DNA of 64,000 bases from Flaccisagitta enflata (taxonomy: Eukaryota): assembly GCA_965153355.1 (NCBI GenBank), contig OZ231126.1, forward strand, positions 23,064,001 through 23,128,000. The letters run 5' to 3'. Below the pieces are notes generated by a model, which saw only the letters and a program-made list of their open reading frames with translations, was not told the origin of the DNA and did not search any database. Both the position numbers and the translations under genes were made by a program. Below are positions 44,221-58,409 of the stretch, piece by piece; positions within the stretch are counted from its first letter, which is position 1, and every line of letters starts with the position of its first letter.

Positions 44221-44347
44221 TCGCTGAAATCCGATAACCGGTGATTCTTTTTAGGAACACGAATGCCCTGATGTCTCGCCAGGTACTTTTTTATGAAATG
44301 TGAATCCAGTTAAGAATAGTATTGCGAAATCAGGATTATCACATTAC

Positions 44348-44924
44348 CTGCGGTGGCCATCCAAGGATAGATGGGCGCGGAATGACAAGCCATGTTGCTG
44401 ATATCTCCGAAAGAGCATTGGGAGAGCGACGCCGCCGCAGCTTGATGCTGTAACGCCTGATGCTGCAGCGCCGCGGCCGAGTCCAGGAGCCCCTGACCGC
44501 CAAATCCCACCGCGGCGGCGGCGGCGGATGCGGAATGATGATTGTGGGAGTTGGCTTGACCGTAAGCGGCGGCGGAAGGGAAAGAAGACGCCAACGAAGA
44601 ATAAGAGGAATAAGGGACGCCGGAAGAACCGGCGGCGCCGTGGGAAGAAGCGTGATGTCCGTTCATGGCGCCGGCGGCGGAGGAAGCCGCGGCGGCGGCG
44701 GCGGAACCACGGCCTAAAGATGCCGCGAAATTATTGTTGAATAGCGAAGATTTGACTGATTCGGTGAAGGTGTCGGCGGCGGCGGCGGCGTCAGCCACGG
44801 CGGCGGTTTTCGACCACGAGTTGAAATCGGCGTGGTATTGTGAGGTGAGGGAGTGCATGGATTCAGCCAGACGAGGCTCTTGGTAGTTGGGCAGGAAATG
44901 GTTTAAACCGTAAGACGCGGCCAT
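44348..44924 (-). CDS. First coding exon of a central-class (Hox6-8; Ubx/Lox2/Lox4-like) Hox gene; homeobox exon not found in window
   Basis: GC-rich ORF starting caatcATGG (MAASYGLNHF..., loosely like the Hox SSYF N-terminal motif), with poly-Ala, His and Gln tracts. It ends in the hexapeptide region IYPWMATAG directly followed by the donor GCAG|gtaatg (192 codons + 1 nt, phase 1). This matches the FYPWMAIAG|intron junction known from Ubx. The paralogue cannot be fixed without the homeodomain. Confidence 0.9.
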
Positions 44925-45312
44925 GATTGATAGTCGATTGTTTTTTAATTTGTTGATGTATATTGCTCTTTTTTTTCTGAATTGTTACGCTTTTCTTCGT
45001 CTTTTATGTGCGTTTTCAATGGCGATTTGTATACTTCAGTGGTGTTGTTTTGATGGTTCGTTCATAAGAGGACCCCAGGTAGCCCAGGCAAGATTTGTCT
45101 TTTCGCAATCCTTGACCAGATGTTTTGTTCATAATCTAAAACTACTGTTTCTAGCACATACTCTGTCGTATTTCGTCATAGATGTTATTCCTTTTTTCTT
45201 GCATTTGAAGAAGATTCAAGAGAGAGAGAAAGAACATGGAAAGTAACTAATCTCTCCTTGAACCGAACGAGACGGCCAACGGGATGGTCGTAAAAAAAGG
45301 CTCAGGCCTTTT

Positions 45313-47050
45313 TTAGTCGCGTGCACGCGACTCTACACCTTGCCGTGTCGGTCGGTAGGTCGGTACGTCGGTAGGTCGGTACGTCGGTAGGTCACGTTTT
45401 TAAAATTATGACTTTTTAAGGTTTTTTAAGGTATTTTAAGGTACTCTAGGATATTTCTGGGTACTTTAGGGTACTTCAGGGTATTTTAGGGTACTTAAGT
45501 TATTTTAGGATACTTTCAGATATTTTTGAATACTTTTGGGTATTTTTGAGTATTTTTGAGTATAAATGGGTTTTTTTAAGTGTTTTTGGGTATTTTTGGG
45601 TATTTTTGGGTATTTTTGGGTATTTTTGGGTATCATTGGGTATTTTTGGGTATTTTGGGTATTTTGTCAACTTTTTATTGGACACTCGTTATTGGTTCAG
45701 AATGTAACTTTTTTTGGGACAGACGTTATGAAGTATGAAGTTGTAGTATGTAAGTATGTAAGTATGTAAGTATGTAAGTATGTAAGTATGTAAGTATGTA
45801 AGTATGTAAGTATGTAAGTATGTAAGTAAGTATGTAGGTATGTAAGTATGTAAGTATGTATGTATGTAAATATGTAAATATGTAAGTAAGTATGTAAGTA
45901 TGTAAGTAAGTAAGCATGCTTATCTGTAAGTATGTAAATATGTAAGTATGTTAGTAAGTAAGTATGTAAGTATGTAAGTAAGTAAGCATGTAAGTATGTA
46001 AGTATGTGAGTATGTAGGTAAGTATGTATATGTGAGTATGTCGGTAGGTATGTAAGATATAAGTATGTAAGTATGTATGTATGTAAGTATGTATATGTGA
46101 GTATGTAGTAGCATGTGGGCATGTAGTATGTAATGTGGGTATGTGTATGTATGTGTGTATGTATGTAAGTACGTGAGTATGTAGTATGTGAGCATATGTA
46201 GCATATGTATGTATGTATGTATGTGCATGTAGTATGTAAGCACGTAAGTAAGTATGTAAGTATGTAAGTAAGTATGTAAGTATGTAAGAATGTATGTATG
46301 TAAATATGTAAGTATGTAAGTAAGTATGTAAGTACGTAAGTATGTAAGTATGTAAGTATGTGAGTATGTAGGTAAGTATGTATGTAAGTATGTAAGTATG
46401 TAAGTATGTATGTGAGTATGTAAGTATGTAAGTATGTAAGTATGTGAGTATGTAGGTAATTATGTAAGTATGTAAGTATGTAAGTATGTATGTAAGTACG
46501 TAAGTATGTAAGTATGTGAGTATGTAGGTAAGTATGTAAGAATGTAAGTATGTAAGTAAGTATGTAGGTATGTAAGTATGTAAGCATGTAAGTAAGTATG
46601 TAAGTATATGTAAGTATATGTAAGTATAAATATGTGTAAGTATGTACATGTAAGTATATGTAAGTATGTATATATGTATGTATGTATGTATGTATGTACA
46701 TGTATATAATATGTATACATGTAAGTATGTATATGTAAGTAAGTATGTAAGTATGTAAGTATGTATGTAAGTATGTATGTATGTAAGTATGTAGTATGTA
46801 TATATGTATGTAAGTAAATATGTAAGTATGTATGTAAGTATGTAAATATGTAAGTATGTAATTAGGTAAGTATGTAACTATGTAAGTATGTAAGTATGTA
46901 AGTATGTAAGTATGTAAGTAAGTATGTAGTATGTAAGTATGTAGTAAGTAAGTAAGTAGTATGTAGTATGAAGTTATGCAGTTGTGTGTAGTATGAAGTT
47001 GTATAGTTTTGTGTAACTTAGCACGCGACTGTTGGCCTGTTGGGCTTGTT
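45313..47050 (+). mobile_element. 1.74-kb HINE-like element with gggtattttt and taagtatg arrays, ~390 bp upstream of the Hox ATG
   Basis: Same 5' palindrome, GTCG-type microsatellite, internal arrays, and end gcacgcgactgttggcctgttgggcttgtt. Confidence 0.88.
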
Positions 47051-47134
47051 CTTATTTTCTTTTTGCCAACTTTTTTTCTTCTTTTTCTCTCCTTTTTTTT
47101 CCTCCACATCAACTGGAACCGAAGGAGCACCAAC

Positions 47135-47246
<112 letters not shown>

Positions 47247-47549
47247 CGACGATAAAAATGTCTTCTCTTCTGCAAGCCGTGCTTTTTTATTTCTATTATT
47301 TCTTCGACTTTTCTCTTTCTTTTATTTCTTTTCTTCTTTTTTGCTTCTATTGTTGTTGGAACGAGTTAGAATCGTAAAGCGAAGTGACAACTGCATAAAG
47401 AATATAAGAAAATGAAAAAACGAGACACGTGAAAATATCAGTGAAGCGTTAATGATAATAAAGAAAGAACTTTTTTGCAGACTTCAGAGCAGAAAGAATG
47501 CTAACAATAGGATGACAAAGATAGAAAACTCGTAAGAAAGGCGAACATG

Positions 47550-48570
<1,021 letters not shown>

Positions 48571-48731
48571 GTCGACGCGGTCCACCTGAGAAAGGGAGAG
48601 GAGGAGGAGCGAGAGGAAGAGAATGAGGAGGAGCAGGGAAGAAAAGAAGAGGAGGAGGAGGAGAAGACACGAGGAAACGCAGTAAAATGGCGTAGTAAAT
48701 CAGTAAAAGCACGCAGTGAAAACGTCGAAGC

Positions 48732-48838
<107 letters not shown>

Positions 48839-49709
48839 GAGAGATGTTATGTTTCTCCTCGACGATCCAAGATATCGGAGCAAGTGTGTTTTGTGTCGTG
48901 TTAGTCGATAAGCGCGCCCTTCGATCATTTTGTGCTCCTCCTCTATCCTCTGCTTCCCTCTCCTGCTACTCTTCTACTTCTTCTGCCTGTTCAACTTGTT
49001 CTTTTTTCTCTTCTTCTTCTTCATCTTCTTCATCTTCTTCTTCTTCTTCTTCTTCTTCTTCTTCTTCTTCTTCTTCTTCTTCTTCTTCTTCTTCTTCCTC
49101 TGTTTTTTCCTTCTCTTCTTTCTTTCTTCTTTCTCTTCTTCTAGCCCAATCTTACTTTTCAAAAACAACTTTGTAGGAGCTAGGAGCACTATGATTATAG
49201 TCTGTATCATACAGATTCGGCCTAGGCACTGGATTTCTGTTCCTCCTAGACTTCAATTTCCTCATCTCAAACGTGTTTATAGGGCAATGGTAGCTTAAAA
49301 GGGGTATTCACATGATTTGGCTTCTTTGTTTTGGTTTGTCATGGTGTTGTCTTGTATTGTCTCCTCTGACCTAGCCATTAGCCTATCAATCAGTCGATGC
49401 GACCAAACATTGGAGGAGGGTTTCGATCAGTTTCCTCATTTTCATCTCCTTCCTTTCCAATGTTCATTGCCCCCCATATCGCGTCGCGCATATCGCGTCG
49501 CCCATATCACACCTACAAGGCCCAAACTCATGCTTCGTAGCGTACGGCTGGTGGCAAAAATCACAGCATCTAGCCTAGATTCTTGGCCCAGATCCTCTTC
49601 TACTGAAAAAGATTATGCAACTACTTTGCTCTGAGGGCTCACGGTTCAGAAGTAGAGGGATAGCTAAAAAAAAAAAAAGGGACAAGGAAAAAAAAGAAAC
49701 AAGGAAAAA

Positions 49710-49938
49710 AACAAGTGACGCGGGGTTACAAAATCGTTGCGAACGGGTGGGCAGGGGCATACAACCCCCATCCACACCCTTGCCTACCCCACACACAGCC
49801 ACACACAGAAAATCAAGACTGCAGCATCAACATGCGCTTTTTCGCACTGTTCAACTCGATCACCACAGACCAATGGACCAACGGACCAACGGACAGACAA
49901 AGCCTCTCATAGTTATAGAGTTGCGTGTCCGCAACTAA
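49710..49938 (-). mobile_element. HINE-like element (agttgcg subfamily)
   Basis: Palindrome agttgcg-tgtc-cgcaact, ggaccaac repeats, subterminal gttgcg (49736) and aacaag end. Confidence 0.8.
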
Positions 49939-50872
49939 AAAGAAACAAGAAACCAAACAGGTGCGCCCAGGGGCGTATGACACCATTTTTTCACAGTGTA
50001 GATAAATCACTCGGACGCCTTCATTGAGCTACCCAAGACTTGTGGATGTGTAGTCTGGTTAAAAATTTGCATGGAAATATCATAGGGATGATGTTTATAG
50101 TGTTAACAGTATCAATATGTGGGTAAAAATACCTCTTTTTCTAAATAAAGTTCTCGTTTATCACTAGACAAGCCTCACAAAACATTCTTAATTTGCATGG
50201 AAAATGACTAATTCAAAAAACTAAAAACATGGCTCTCGTCCAAAGACACATAAGAAGAGAGCCATGTACTTGGAAATGCAAAAAAAATCAATTTGGAAGC
50301 AGATTAAGAATTTTTCGCGGATCCTCTTAACAATTCTTTTCACTCATTTTTCAGTAAATCGATTTCCTATTCCCTTTCTTTTTCCCAGTATGTTGTTCAT
50401 AAAATGTATCCCTGCCACAGATCTGGACTGCAGGAGCACATTGATGTGATTGCTGCACATAATCAGCAGAGCAAGGCAATACTGTAAAGTAATATCTCTT
50501 AGGTAGCGCTAAAATATAACTGGCAAAAATATCCCACAATCGCGCCGAGCGTGTCGTATTCAATGAATATGTGACCAATGGATTTACCAACCAACACTGG
50601 TCTCATTGGTCCAACAGTCAATGTACCAGGTCACTAGAATCCCGTAATACCAGATTTTTAATCAATCAATTATTTGGCGATTGACATCTGTCAAAGACGC
50701 GCGTTCTTACTAACGCCAACAAAAGAATTATCGAATCAAAGCGCGTGGGCAAGGGCAGTGATGCGAAGGCCATTTTAGTCATTTGGCCTGAAAAAGCAAA
50801 GCGCACTTAAGTGTTACGCAACAGCTGATTGATCAACAAAGCAGGTTAGAATTAGAATCATGTACACACAAT

Positions 50873-51283
50873 AACAAGGCCGGATACACGGGCCAAGGCG
50901 GTGCGCCTGGCGTTATTCATCTTTAGACCTATCCCTAGCTCTTTGAGACCTATCCCTTGCTCTTCCAGACCTATCCCTAGCCCTATCAGACCTATCCCAA
51001 GCTCTTTCAGACCTATTCCCAGCTCTATTTGAATAATCCCTAGCTCTATCAGACCTATCCCCGGCTCTATCAGACCTATCCCCAGCTCTTTCAGACCAAT
51101 CTAAAGCTGAATATGATGATGAATACGATGACGATCATCTGGAATTATGTATGAGCTCGATTTCCATGTGATTTCAAACATTTCTTGCGATTTTTTACTC
51201 GAGCGTGACCGACAGTCAGACCGACAGACAGACAGACCGACAGAGGGACAGAGCCTCTTATAGAGGTGCTATGGCGCACCTAA
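50873..51283 (-). mobile_element. HINE-like element (aggtgc subfamily) with 21-bp array
   Basis: Palindrome aggtgc-tatggc-gcacct, (GACA/GACC)n, (agacctatccctagctctttc)n, subterminal ggtgcgcc (50900) and aacaaggccggatacacgg end. Confidence 0.82.
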
Positions 51284-51884
51284 AACGAAATGTTTCCAAG
51301 GGAGCAATATACCATAAGATCCGTTAAAAACTCATTTCTCGTTACAAGAACATGTTTTTTTCTGAGGCTCAGCATTCTTATTTTTCAGTCAATTAAAAGC
51401 TCAAACTGTTTTTATGATGTTCTTACTTTATTTCGATTGTTTAGAATGTTCTTTTTTCTAGAGGCCTAACTCATCTTTAACTAAAACAGGGTGAGGAACA
51501 TTAACCGGGATATTTTTCTCATTAGGGTCGAATCATATAAAAGATGCCGTGCAGATTGAAGTCAATTATTGAAATTCTTGTCATCTCGGTAGTATCTTGT
51601 ACTTTTGTAATTCTTGTCATCTCGGTAGTATCTTGTATATAGATGGGATTATTCTTAATAACAACAAATGGGATTCAGATGCTCCTTTATTCTCCCAGTT
51701 TTGAGGCTGGTGCTGTTCTTATGATTCTTCTTAATTTTTTCCTCATCTGAGCCTCAACATTCTTATGCGGTCAGAGTCTCCCGTTCAAAATTTCTCAAAA
51801 AAAAAAAAGAAAAAAAATGTGCCAATTCCAATTTTTTTGCAGAGGGGTCCTAAAAAGTGTGTAGAATCAGAATATCATGTTTGT

Positions 51885-52740
51885 TCTTGTCTAACATGAG
51901 CCAAAAAAATTAAAAACAGTTTTTAGTGCTAAAATCAGCTACTTATGTTATAATAACAGCACTTTGGTATAGAATTTCAATATTTTTTCTTTTAGAAACA
52001 CAAAGAACTTGTAGTAACTGATATTTGAGTGAATTTGTAATATTGAACCATAAGCCTATGAGGCCTAAAAATGGTTTTAAAAAGCCCAAAAATGAGGAAA
52101 TCAGTCAGATGTCTAAAATTTTTGAAAAATAAGCATTGGAAACGGTGTATTTGGGTAAAAAACGTGCCAGGTATGAATTTCATCCATCTCCTACAAAAAA
52201 TGGGCACATACTAAGCAAAAAACACAAAACCGCAATATGCAAATGAGGTCAAAGTTCAATTTTCAAAAAAACGGTGTATACAATGAGGAAACCTCACTTT
52301 TCATGGGAGCTACATTGGCTGCCACAAAAAATGACATTTCTACACTCTAAAGGCCATTTTTTGAAAAATCGAACTTAAATCTCATTTGCATATTGCGGTT
52401 TTGCATTTTTCACTGATAACGCCCCTATTTCTTTTAGCAGATGGATGAAATTCATACCTGACATGTTTTTTACCTTAGTACACTGTTTCCAATGCTTGTT
52501 TTGTGAAATTTCAAGAAATTTGAATGATTTCCTCATTTTTTGGCTTTTTAAAACCATTTTTAGGCCCCCTAGGTATTTAGTACAATGTTATAAAGTCACT
52601 CAATTATCAATTATTACAAGAAATTTGTGTTTCTAAAAAAAAAAAAAAAAATCTTATACACAAGTGCTGATTTTATAGCAAAAATGGCTGTTTTTAGCAC
52701 TAAAAACCGTTTCTAATTTTTTTGGCCCAAGTTAGACCAA
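51885..52740. mobile_element. Long imperfect inverted repeat (~385-bp arms, ~85-bp spacer); probable foldback/MITE interior
   Basis: Arms share collinear blocks such as tttttagtgctaaaa, ggcctaaaaatggttttaaaaagcc, caggtatgaatttcatccatct and caaaaccgcaatatgcaaatgag. Confidence 0.8.
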
Positions 52741-53069
52741 AATGAATATCATTGGGAAAAAAATCGAAAAACGTTTTTCGATTTTTTGAGTTTCGCTTAG
52801 GAATTAATTTTTTCCATTTTCGCTTGAGATGTTTTGAGGAAGTTGGGTCACGACTAGGCTCGCCCGAGGCTGGGGTTGAAATTGGTACAGGGTGAAAGAG
52901 GGCACTTTTTTACACCTTCTGGAAAAAATCAGGGCACTGTCGGACCAATACTTTAGGCGCTATGAATTCTTTAATCTTTTTTTATTATTTCACATTTTCC
53001 GTATTTTTCTAAAAGATGTTTATTTTTCATCGATCTCAATTTTGGGCCCTAACAACAAAAATGAGTTCA

Positions 53070-53800
53070 GAGGGCAGAGGGAGGGAGGGAGAGGGAGGAA
53101 GGAGAGGGAAGGGACGGAGAGGAGGAGAAGGAGTAAGAGGGTGGGTGGGAGGAAGGAGAGGGAGGGAGGAGGGGAGGAAAGAAGGAAAGAGAGAGGGAGG
53201 AGAGAGAGAGAGGGAGGGAGGAGGAGGAAAGGAAGAGATAGAGAGAGAGGGAGGGAGGGGTAGGGGGAAGGAGAGATGGAGGGAGGGAGAGAGGGAAAGG
53301 GAGTGAGAGAGAGGGAGGGAGAGGGAGAGAAAGAGGGGGAGGGAGAGCAAGAAGGGGAGGGTGAGGGGGAAAGAAAGGGAGGGAGGGAGGGAGAGCGGGA
53401 GGGAGAGAGGGTGGGAGGGAGGGGGAGCGAAACAGAGGGAGGGAAAGGGAGAGGAAGAGAGGGGGAGGGAGAGCGAGAGGAAGAGGGTAACGGGGAGGGA
53501 AAGGGAGGGAGAGAGAGGACGGGAGGGAGAGAGGGAGGGAGGGACAGAGGGAGAGGGAGCGAGAGGGGGAGGGTGAGGGGGAGGGAGAGTGAGAGGGGGA
53601 GGGAGAGTGAGAGGGGGAGGGAGAGCAAGAGGGGGAGGGAGAGCGAGAGGGGAAGGGAGGGAGCAAGGGAGAGAGAGGGAGGGAGAGGGGGAGGGAGAGA
53701 GGGAGGAAGTGAGGGAGAGAAGGAGGGAGGGAGAGAGGGAGAGAGGGAGGGGGAGAGAGGGAGGGAGCACGAGACGGAGACAGAGAGAGAGAGGGTGAGA
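53070..53800. repeat. G-rich polypurine low-complexity tract
   Basis: About 730 bp of nearly pure GGGA/GAGA. Confidence 0.95.
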
Positions 53801-54064
53801 CACACATACACACAAAACAGCCCTTACGATTTTTTTCCGGTCGGCGAGAGCCGCCTTTACTGGTATTCTGATTCTACACCCTTTTTAGAACCCCTCTGTA
53901 AAAGAATTGGAATCTGTACATTTTTTTCTTTCAAAACCTTTAGAATTGCGATATTTTCATTGGGGGACCCTGACCGTATGAACAAGGTTCTAAGTCAAAG
54001 AAATGAGTGTATTGCGAAAGATGACTGCTGATCCATAGCAGCCCCCCTTCTTACAACTACAAAA

Positions 54065-54108
54065 TAACAACAACAAAATAACAACAACAACAACAACAAC
54101 AACAGCAA

Positions 54109-54153
<45 letters not shown>

Positions 54154-54730
54154 AAATACCAACAAAAACTCCAATTTCCATGAAAAACAAAGCAAAAACA
54201 ACATCAACTACAAAAACAACAATATCAACAATATCCATGACAAACAAAACAAACAAAAACAAAAACAAAAACAAAAATACAGTAAAAGTAAAAGTGGAAA
54301 TGGAAATGGAAAAGGAAAAACGAAAACAGAAACAAAACAAAAGAAAAAAAACAAAACAAAACAAAACAAAAATAAAGATAAGAGTAAAAGTAAAAGTAGA
54401 AATGGAAATGGAAAACAAAAACGAAACAAACAAAAAAAAATGATAAAAGTAAAAGTAGAAATGGAAATGGAAATGGAAATAGTAAAAGCAATAGTCGAAA
54501 TGAAAATAAAACTAAGAAAAAAATAAATAAATAAAAATAAAACAACTTTTTAAACAAAGAAAACAACAATGAAAATAAAAAAAAAGTAAAGGTTAAAGTA
54601 AAAGTAATACTAAAAGAAAAAGTAAAATTAAAATTAAAAGTAAAAGTAAAAGTAAATGTAAAAGTAAAAGTAAAAGTAGAAATAGAAATAGAAATAGAAA
54701 TAGAATTAGAAATAGAAATAGAAATAAAAA
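54065..54730. repeat. (AAC)n, (GTAAAA)n and (GAAATA)n low-complexity region
   Basis: Seen directly. Confidence 0.9.
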
Positions 54731-55780
54731 TGCTTTAATAACAACGAGCCAGTTGCTCTCTCTTTCTTTTTCATTTGTTGTCCATGAAACTTCTCTTTGA
54801 AATTTATAATTTCAGCCTAATAGCTTTCATATTAGTAATAAAACACCAACGATTTTGTTAGCTTAGCTAAGCACAGCTCAGCTCGGCTGAGTCAAGTTCA
54901 GACGTGAACAAGCTTCTGTTGGAAATACACAAGAAAACTAAGGGTCTAAGCACGAGAGGAAGATAATGAGGAGGAAAAGGCCAACGGAGAGACCAACTGA
55001 ATAGGGAGGGGAAATAGAAGAGGAAGAAGAAAGTGAGAAAGAGGAGGATGAGAAAGTGGAGAAAGAATGAACAGAGCACTATTAGAAAGAGGCGAAGAAG
55101 AGAAGCTGACATGAAAACACGAGAAGGCTGAAAAGTGAGTGAGTGAGAACGAGTCTCAAAATCGGCAGTCGAGTTGTTCTTCTGTTCGATTTTCGTCGTG
55201 CGAAGCGGGGAAGGAGAGAAGAGTCGAGTTACTTCTGACGCCCAGCGGCATTTCGAGAACTAACGACCGATTTTCTCCTCATTGCTTAAGGCTTTTATAC
55301 TCTTTCTTATGGGCTGTAGGAGATTTCCAAGCTTATTGATTAGCCGGAGAGATAACCGTAAATGTAAGTGTGAGCGAAGAAACTGTCTAATTACCAGAGA
55401 ATGGCAACTCTTGATTGATATATGATGTACATATCACTGTCTATAGATGGGCGTTTGCGTTGATCTATGACCACTTTAGTATTGACGACCCAAAAAGAAT
55501 GAAAATGTCAACAACGGGCGTCTAAGCCGTATATGGGTTAAATGGTGAGTGGTACCCGTTACTCCCTCAAAGTGAATATGGTAAAAGAAAGTGGTAGCAA
55601 GAGATAAAGTGGTATTGAGAGGGCAATGGGATAATCTTGGTGAGTGAGTTGGTACCACATATGGGAAGAGGCACCTAATCATCCAGGCCAAAACAAAATC
55701 CAGAACCGGATAATTGGACACGGGCACATTCTTACCTCTAGTGTCACGTTTAGTCCTTAGAATATATGCAAGTTGCAAAA

Positions 55781-55870
<90 letters not shown>

Positions 55871-55957
55871 CGTCGTTGCTGTCGTGGTTGTTGTTGTTGT
55901 CGTTGTCGTGGTTGTGGTTGTGGTTGTTGTTGTTCTTGGTTTTGTTGTTGTTATTTT

Positions 55958-55995
<38 letters not shown>
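55781..55995. repeat. (TTG)n microsatellite
   Basis: Seen directly. Confidence 0.95.
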
Positions 55996-55996
<1 letters not shown>

Positions 55997-56744
55997 CATT
56001 GTGGTAAATGTTACTGCTTTCTGATGACTTATTGAAAACCAACCTATTTCATCGCATGAGAAATAGTTTTTCGTCGACTTCAATATCAACGATGATCATT
56101 CAAAGAAAAAAAAAAGAAAACATAATAGATTTCCCCCTTTGAAAACCAAATCCCCTTTGAAGATTCGACATAACGAAACCGGAGATACGGAATGATAGAT
56201 CTGCATGTATGTTTTATGTCTGATTTTGTTCTCTTGATGTACATCATGAACAAGATAACGACCGTATGTACAATAAAGCCGGTCTTATCTCCTCCTTTTA
56301 TTTTTGTTCGGACTCGTAAAAAGAGGAGATTTCCGTCGTAAAAACGCCGTTAAATCGGCGACCGGCGTGGCATCGGCGGCGACGCTGGCAGCGGCGTAAA
56401 CGACTGCCGACATTTCGCTGCCGACGCCGAAAGCTTCATAGTTGAGCAGCGCATGTGAACGCGCATGTGAACGCGCATTTGAGCGCGCTCCCGCATGCGC
56501 CGAATGCGTCGGCATGAGATTTTAGCATGTCACTCTCATTCCTGTTTCTGTGCTGATATTGGTAGTTTTATTTTTGTGTTGGCAACGTCCGTCCATCTGT
56601 CCGTCCGCCTCCCCCCTGACATCACATATTTGAATTTTTTTGTGACACTTTGAGTACGAATGTAAAACTATTTTACATTTCTCTTCAAAACTTACTATCT
56701 TATCATTACGGGCAAAATGACAGTTTAGGCTTTCTTTTGATATA

Positions 56745-57153
56745 CCACGCGAATAAAAAAAAAGACGCACTTTTAAATGGTTAATTTAGCCAATAAATCT
56801 TCAAAAAACTATGGAAAATCTTAGATCATTTTGAAGCCCTTTGAAAGTACTTTCATTTGGCGCCAATCTGGTATTGCTATCTTTTTTCGTTTAGAAATGG
56901 CATCAGTTTGAGTAAAAACATTGCCTATTTCAGTTTTGCAATCGCTATAAAAAAATGCATTTTAGCAAAATAGTGCTTCTCTTTGCAGAGCTCTAGCTCC
57001 TAAACCATTTGAGATACAGATCTGGGATTGGTCTAGAATGAAAGATTTTTTGAAAATCTTTTAAAATGTCTTTCTTGAAAATAGTTAGAATTATTTTTTT
57101 ATCTGTTTTATCAATTAATAGCTAGGTGCGTCTTTTTTTTTTTATCCAAGTGG
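56745..57153. mobile_element. TA-flanked MITE (Tc1/mariner-type)
   Basis: TA|ccacgcgaataaaaaaaaagacgcac ... gtgcgtctttttttttttatccaagtgg|TA. Confidence 0.82.
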
Positions 57154-58409
57154 TATCACATAATAGAATTTGTGTTATTGGAGCAATACAATAAATGAAT
57201 TATGTTTCATGGAGATGTCTCTCGACTTCTCTGTCACGTTTTCAGATGACATAGGGTATAAATAACAAAAATTCCTTATACCGGACTTTTTTTTTGCCCT
57301 ACTAATTGCGTGCTAAGGGTCAAGATGATTAGTTCCGACACATTCTTTTCCATGCGATTTCCGTTGAACTAAACCAATGTTACGTCCCTACTTAAAGCTT
57401 ATGATGAAAGTGAATTGACTAAACCACTGATCCTACTATTATCATTTCTGTCATAACATACCATATCTGTTATCCGGTATCTCCATTATCAGCCGCACTC
57501 GTTCAAGCCTCGTCCTCTCTGATTCGTTTTTCATTTCACAACCTAGTAGTATACCTCTGATACCGTGTTTTTTTCAGTCCCGGTCATTCTTGCCTTTCAC
57601 ATATGCTAGGATATTATTTTTTCAAGCATTTTCTGTCTCCATGTTCATTTCAAAACCTAGCCGTTACCCCCTCTTTTACCACCAATCGGTGATACCTTTA
57701 TTTCGCAACCCATCATTCCAATAAAAGCTACTCGATATCAGGCCAAATCGTTCCAACCTTCTCCGTCCTGTTTTCACGGTAAATTCACAACCCATCATGC
57801 CCCGTTGTCCAAGCCTTAACCTTTCTGTTTTTACGTACCTTGATTTCACGACCCAACTTTCCCTTAATATGTACCCCTCTTGTTTAAAACCCCAGTCATT
57901 CAATTTCGAGCCTTACTCTGTCTGTTCCCATATTGTTTTCCAACCCAGCATTCCCATGATACCCCCTCGGTTTCAATCCTGTTTGTCCAAGCTCTTACCC
58001 TTTCTGTTTCCATATTGATTTCATAATCCAACATTCCACTTATTCCCCCTCCATTTCAACCCCAGCCATTGAAGCTATTGCTGTTGATATCACAACCCAG
58101 CATTCCCCTAATTCTCCCCTCCATTTCAACCCCAGTCGTTCAAGCTTTTACCCTTTCTGTTTCCATATTGATTTGGCTCGGTCATTCCGGTTTTTATGTT
58201 CGGCCGACGTCGTCTCTCTCCAACATTAGGAGAGTTTTATGCCTTTTATGGGACAAAGGAGGAGAGCGGGGAGCCAAATGGGGTGGGGAAAGGCGAGCAA
58301 GAGGAGGAGGATGAGGAGGAGCAACGGAAATATATACTTATATAGAAACGAAGGGAGAGAGTGATAGATATCAGAGGGGGTGAAATTAATGAAACTGGAA
58401 GTGAGAGAT

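Noticed and set aside
44310..44347. C-terminal GNVIILISQYYS extension of the Hox ORF
   Set aside because: Read-through into the intron past the GCAG|gtaatg donor; composition switches to AT-rich.
45697..47133. 478-aa TYLH-repeat ORF, the longest in the track
   Set aside because: Translation of the taagtatg array inside a HINE-like element.
53020..54031. Pro/Ser/Leu- and Gly/Glu/Arg-rich ORFs of about 250 aa
   Set aside because: Low-complexity polypurine tract open in most frames.
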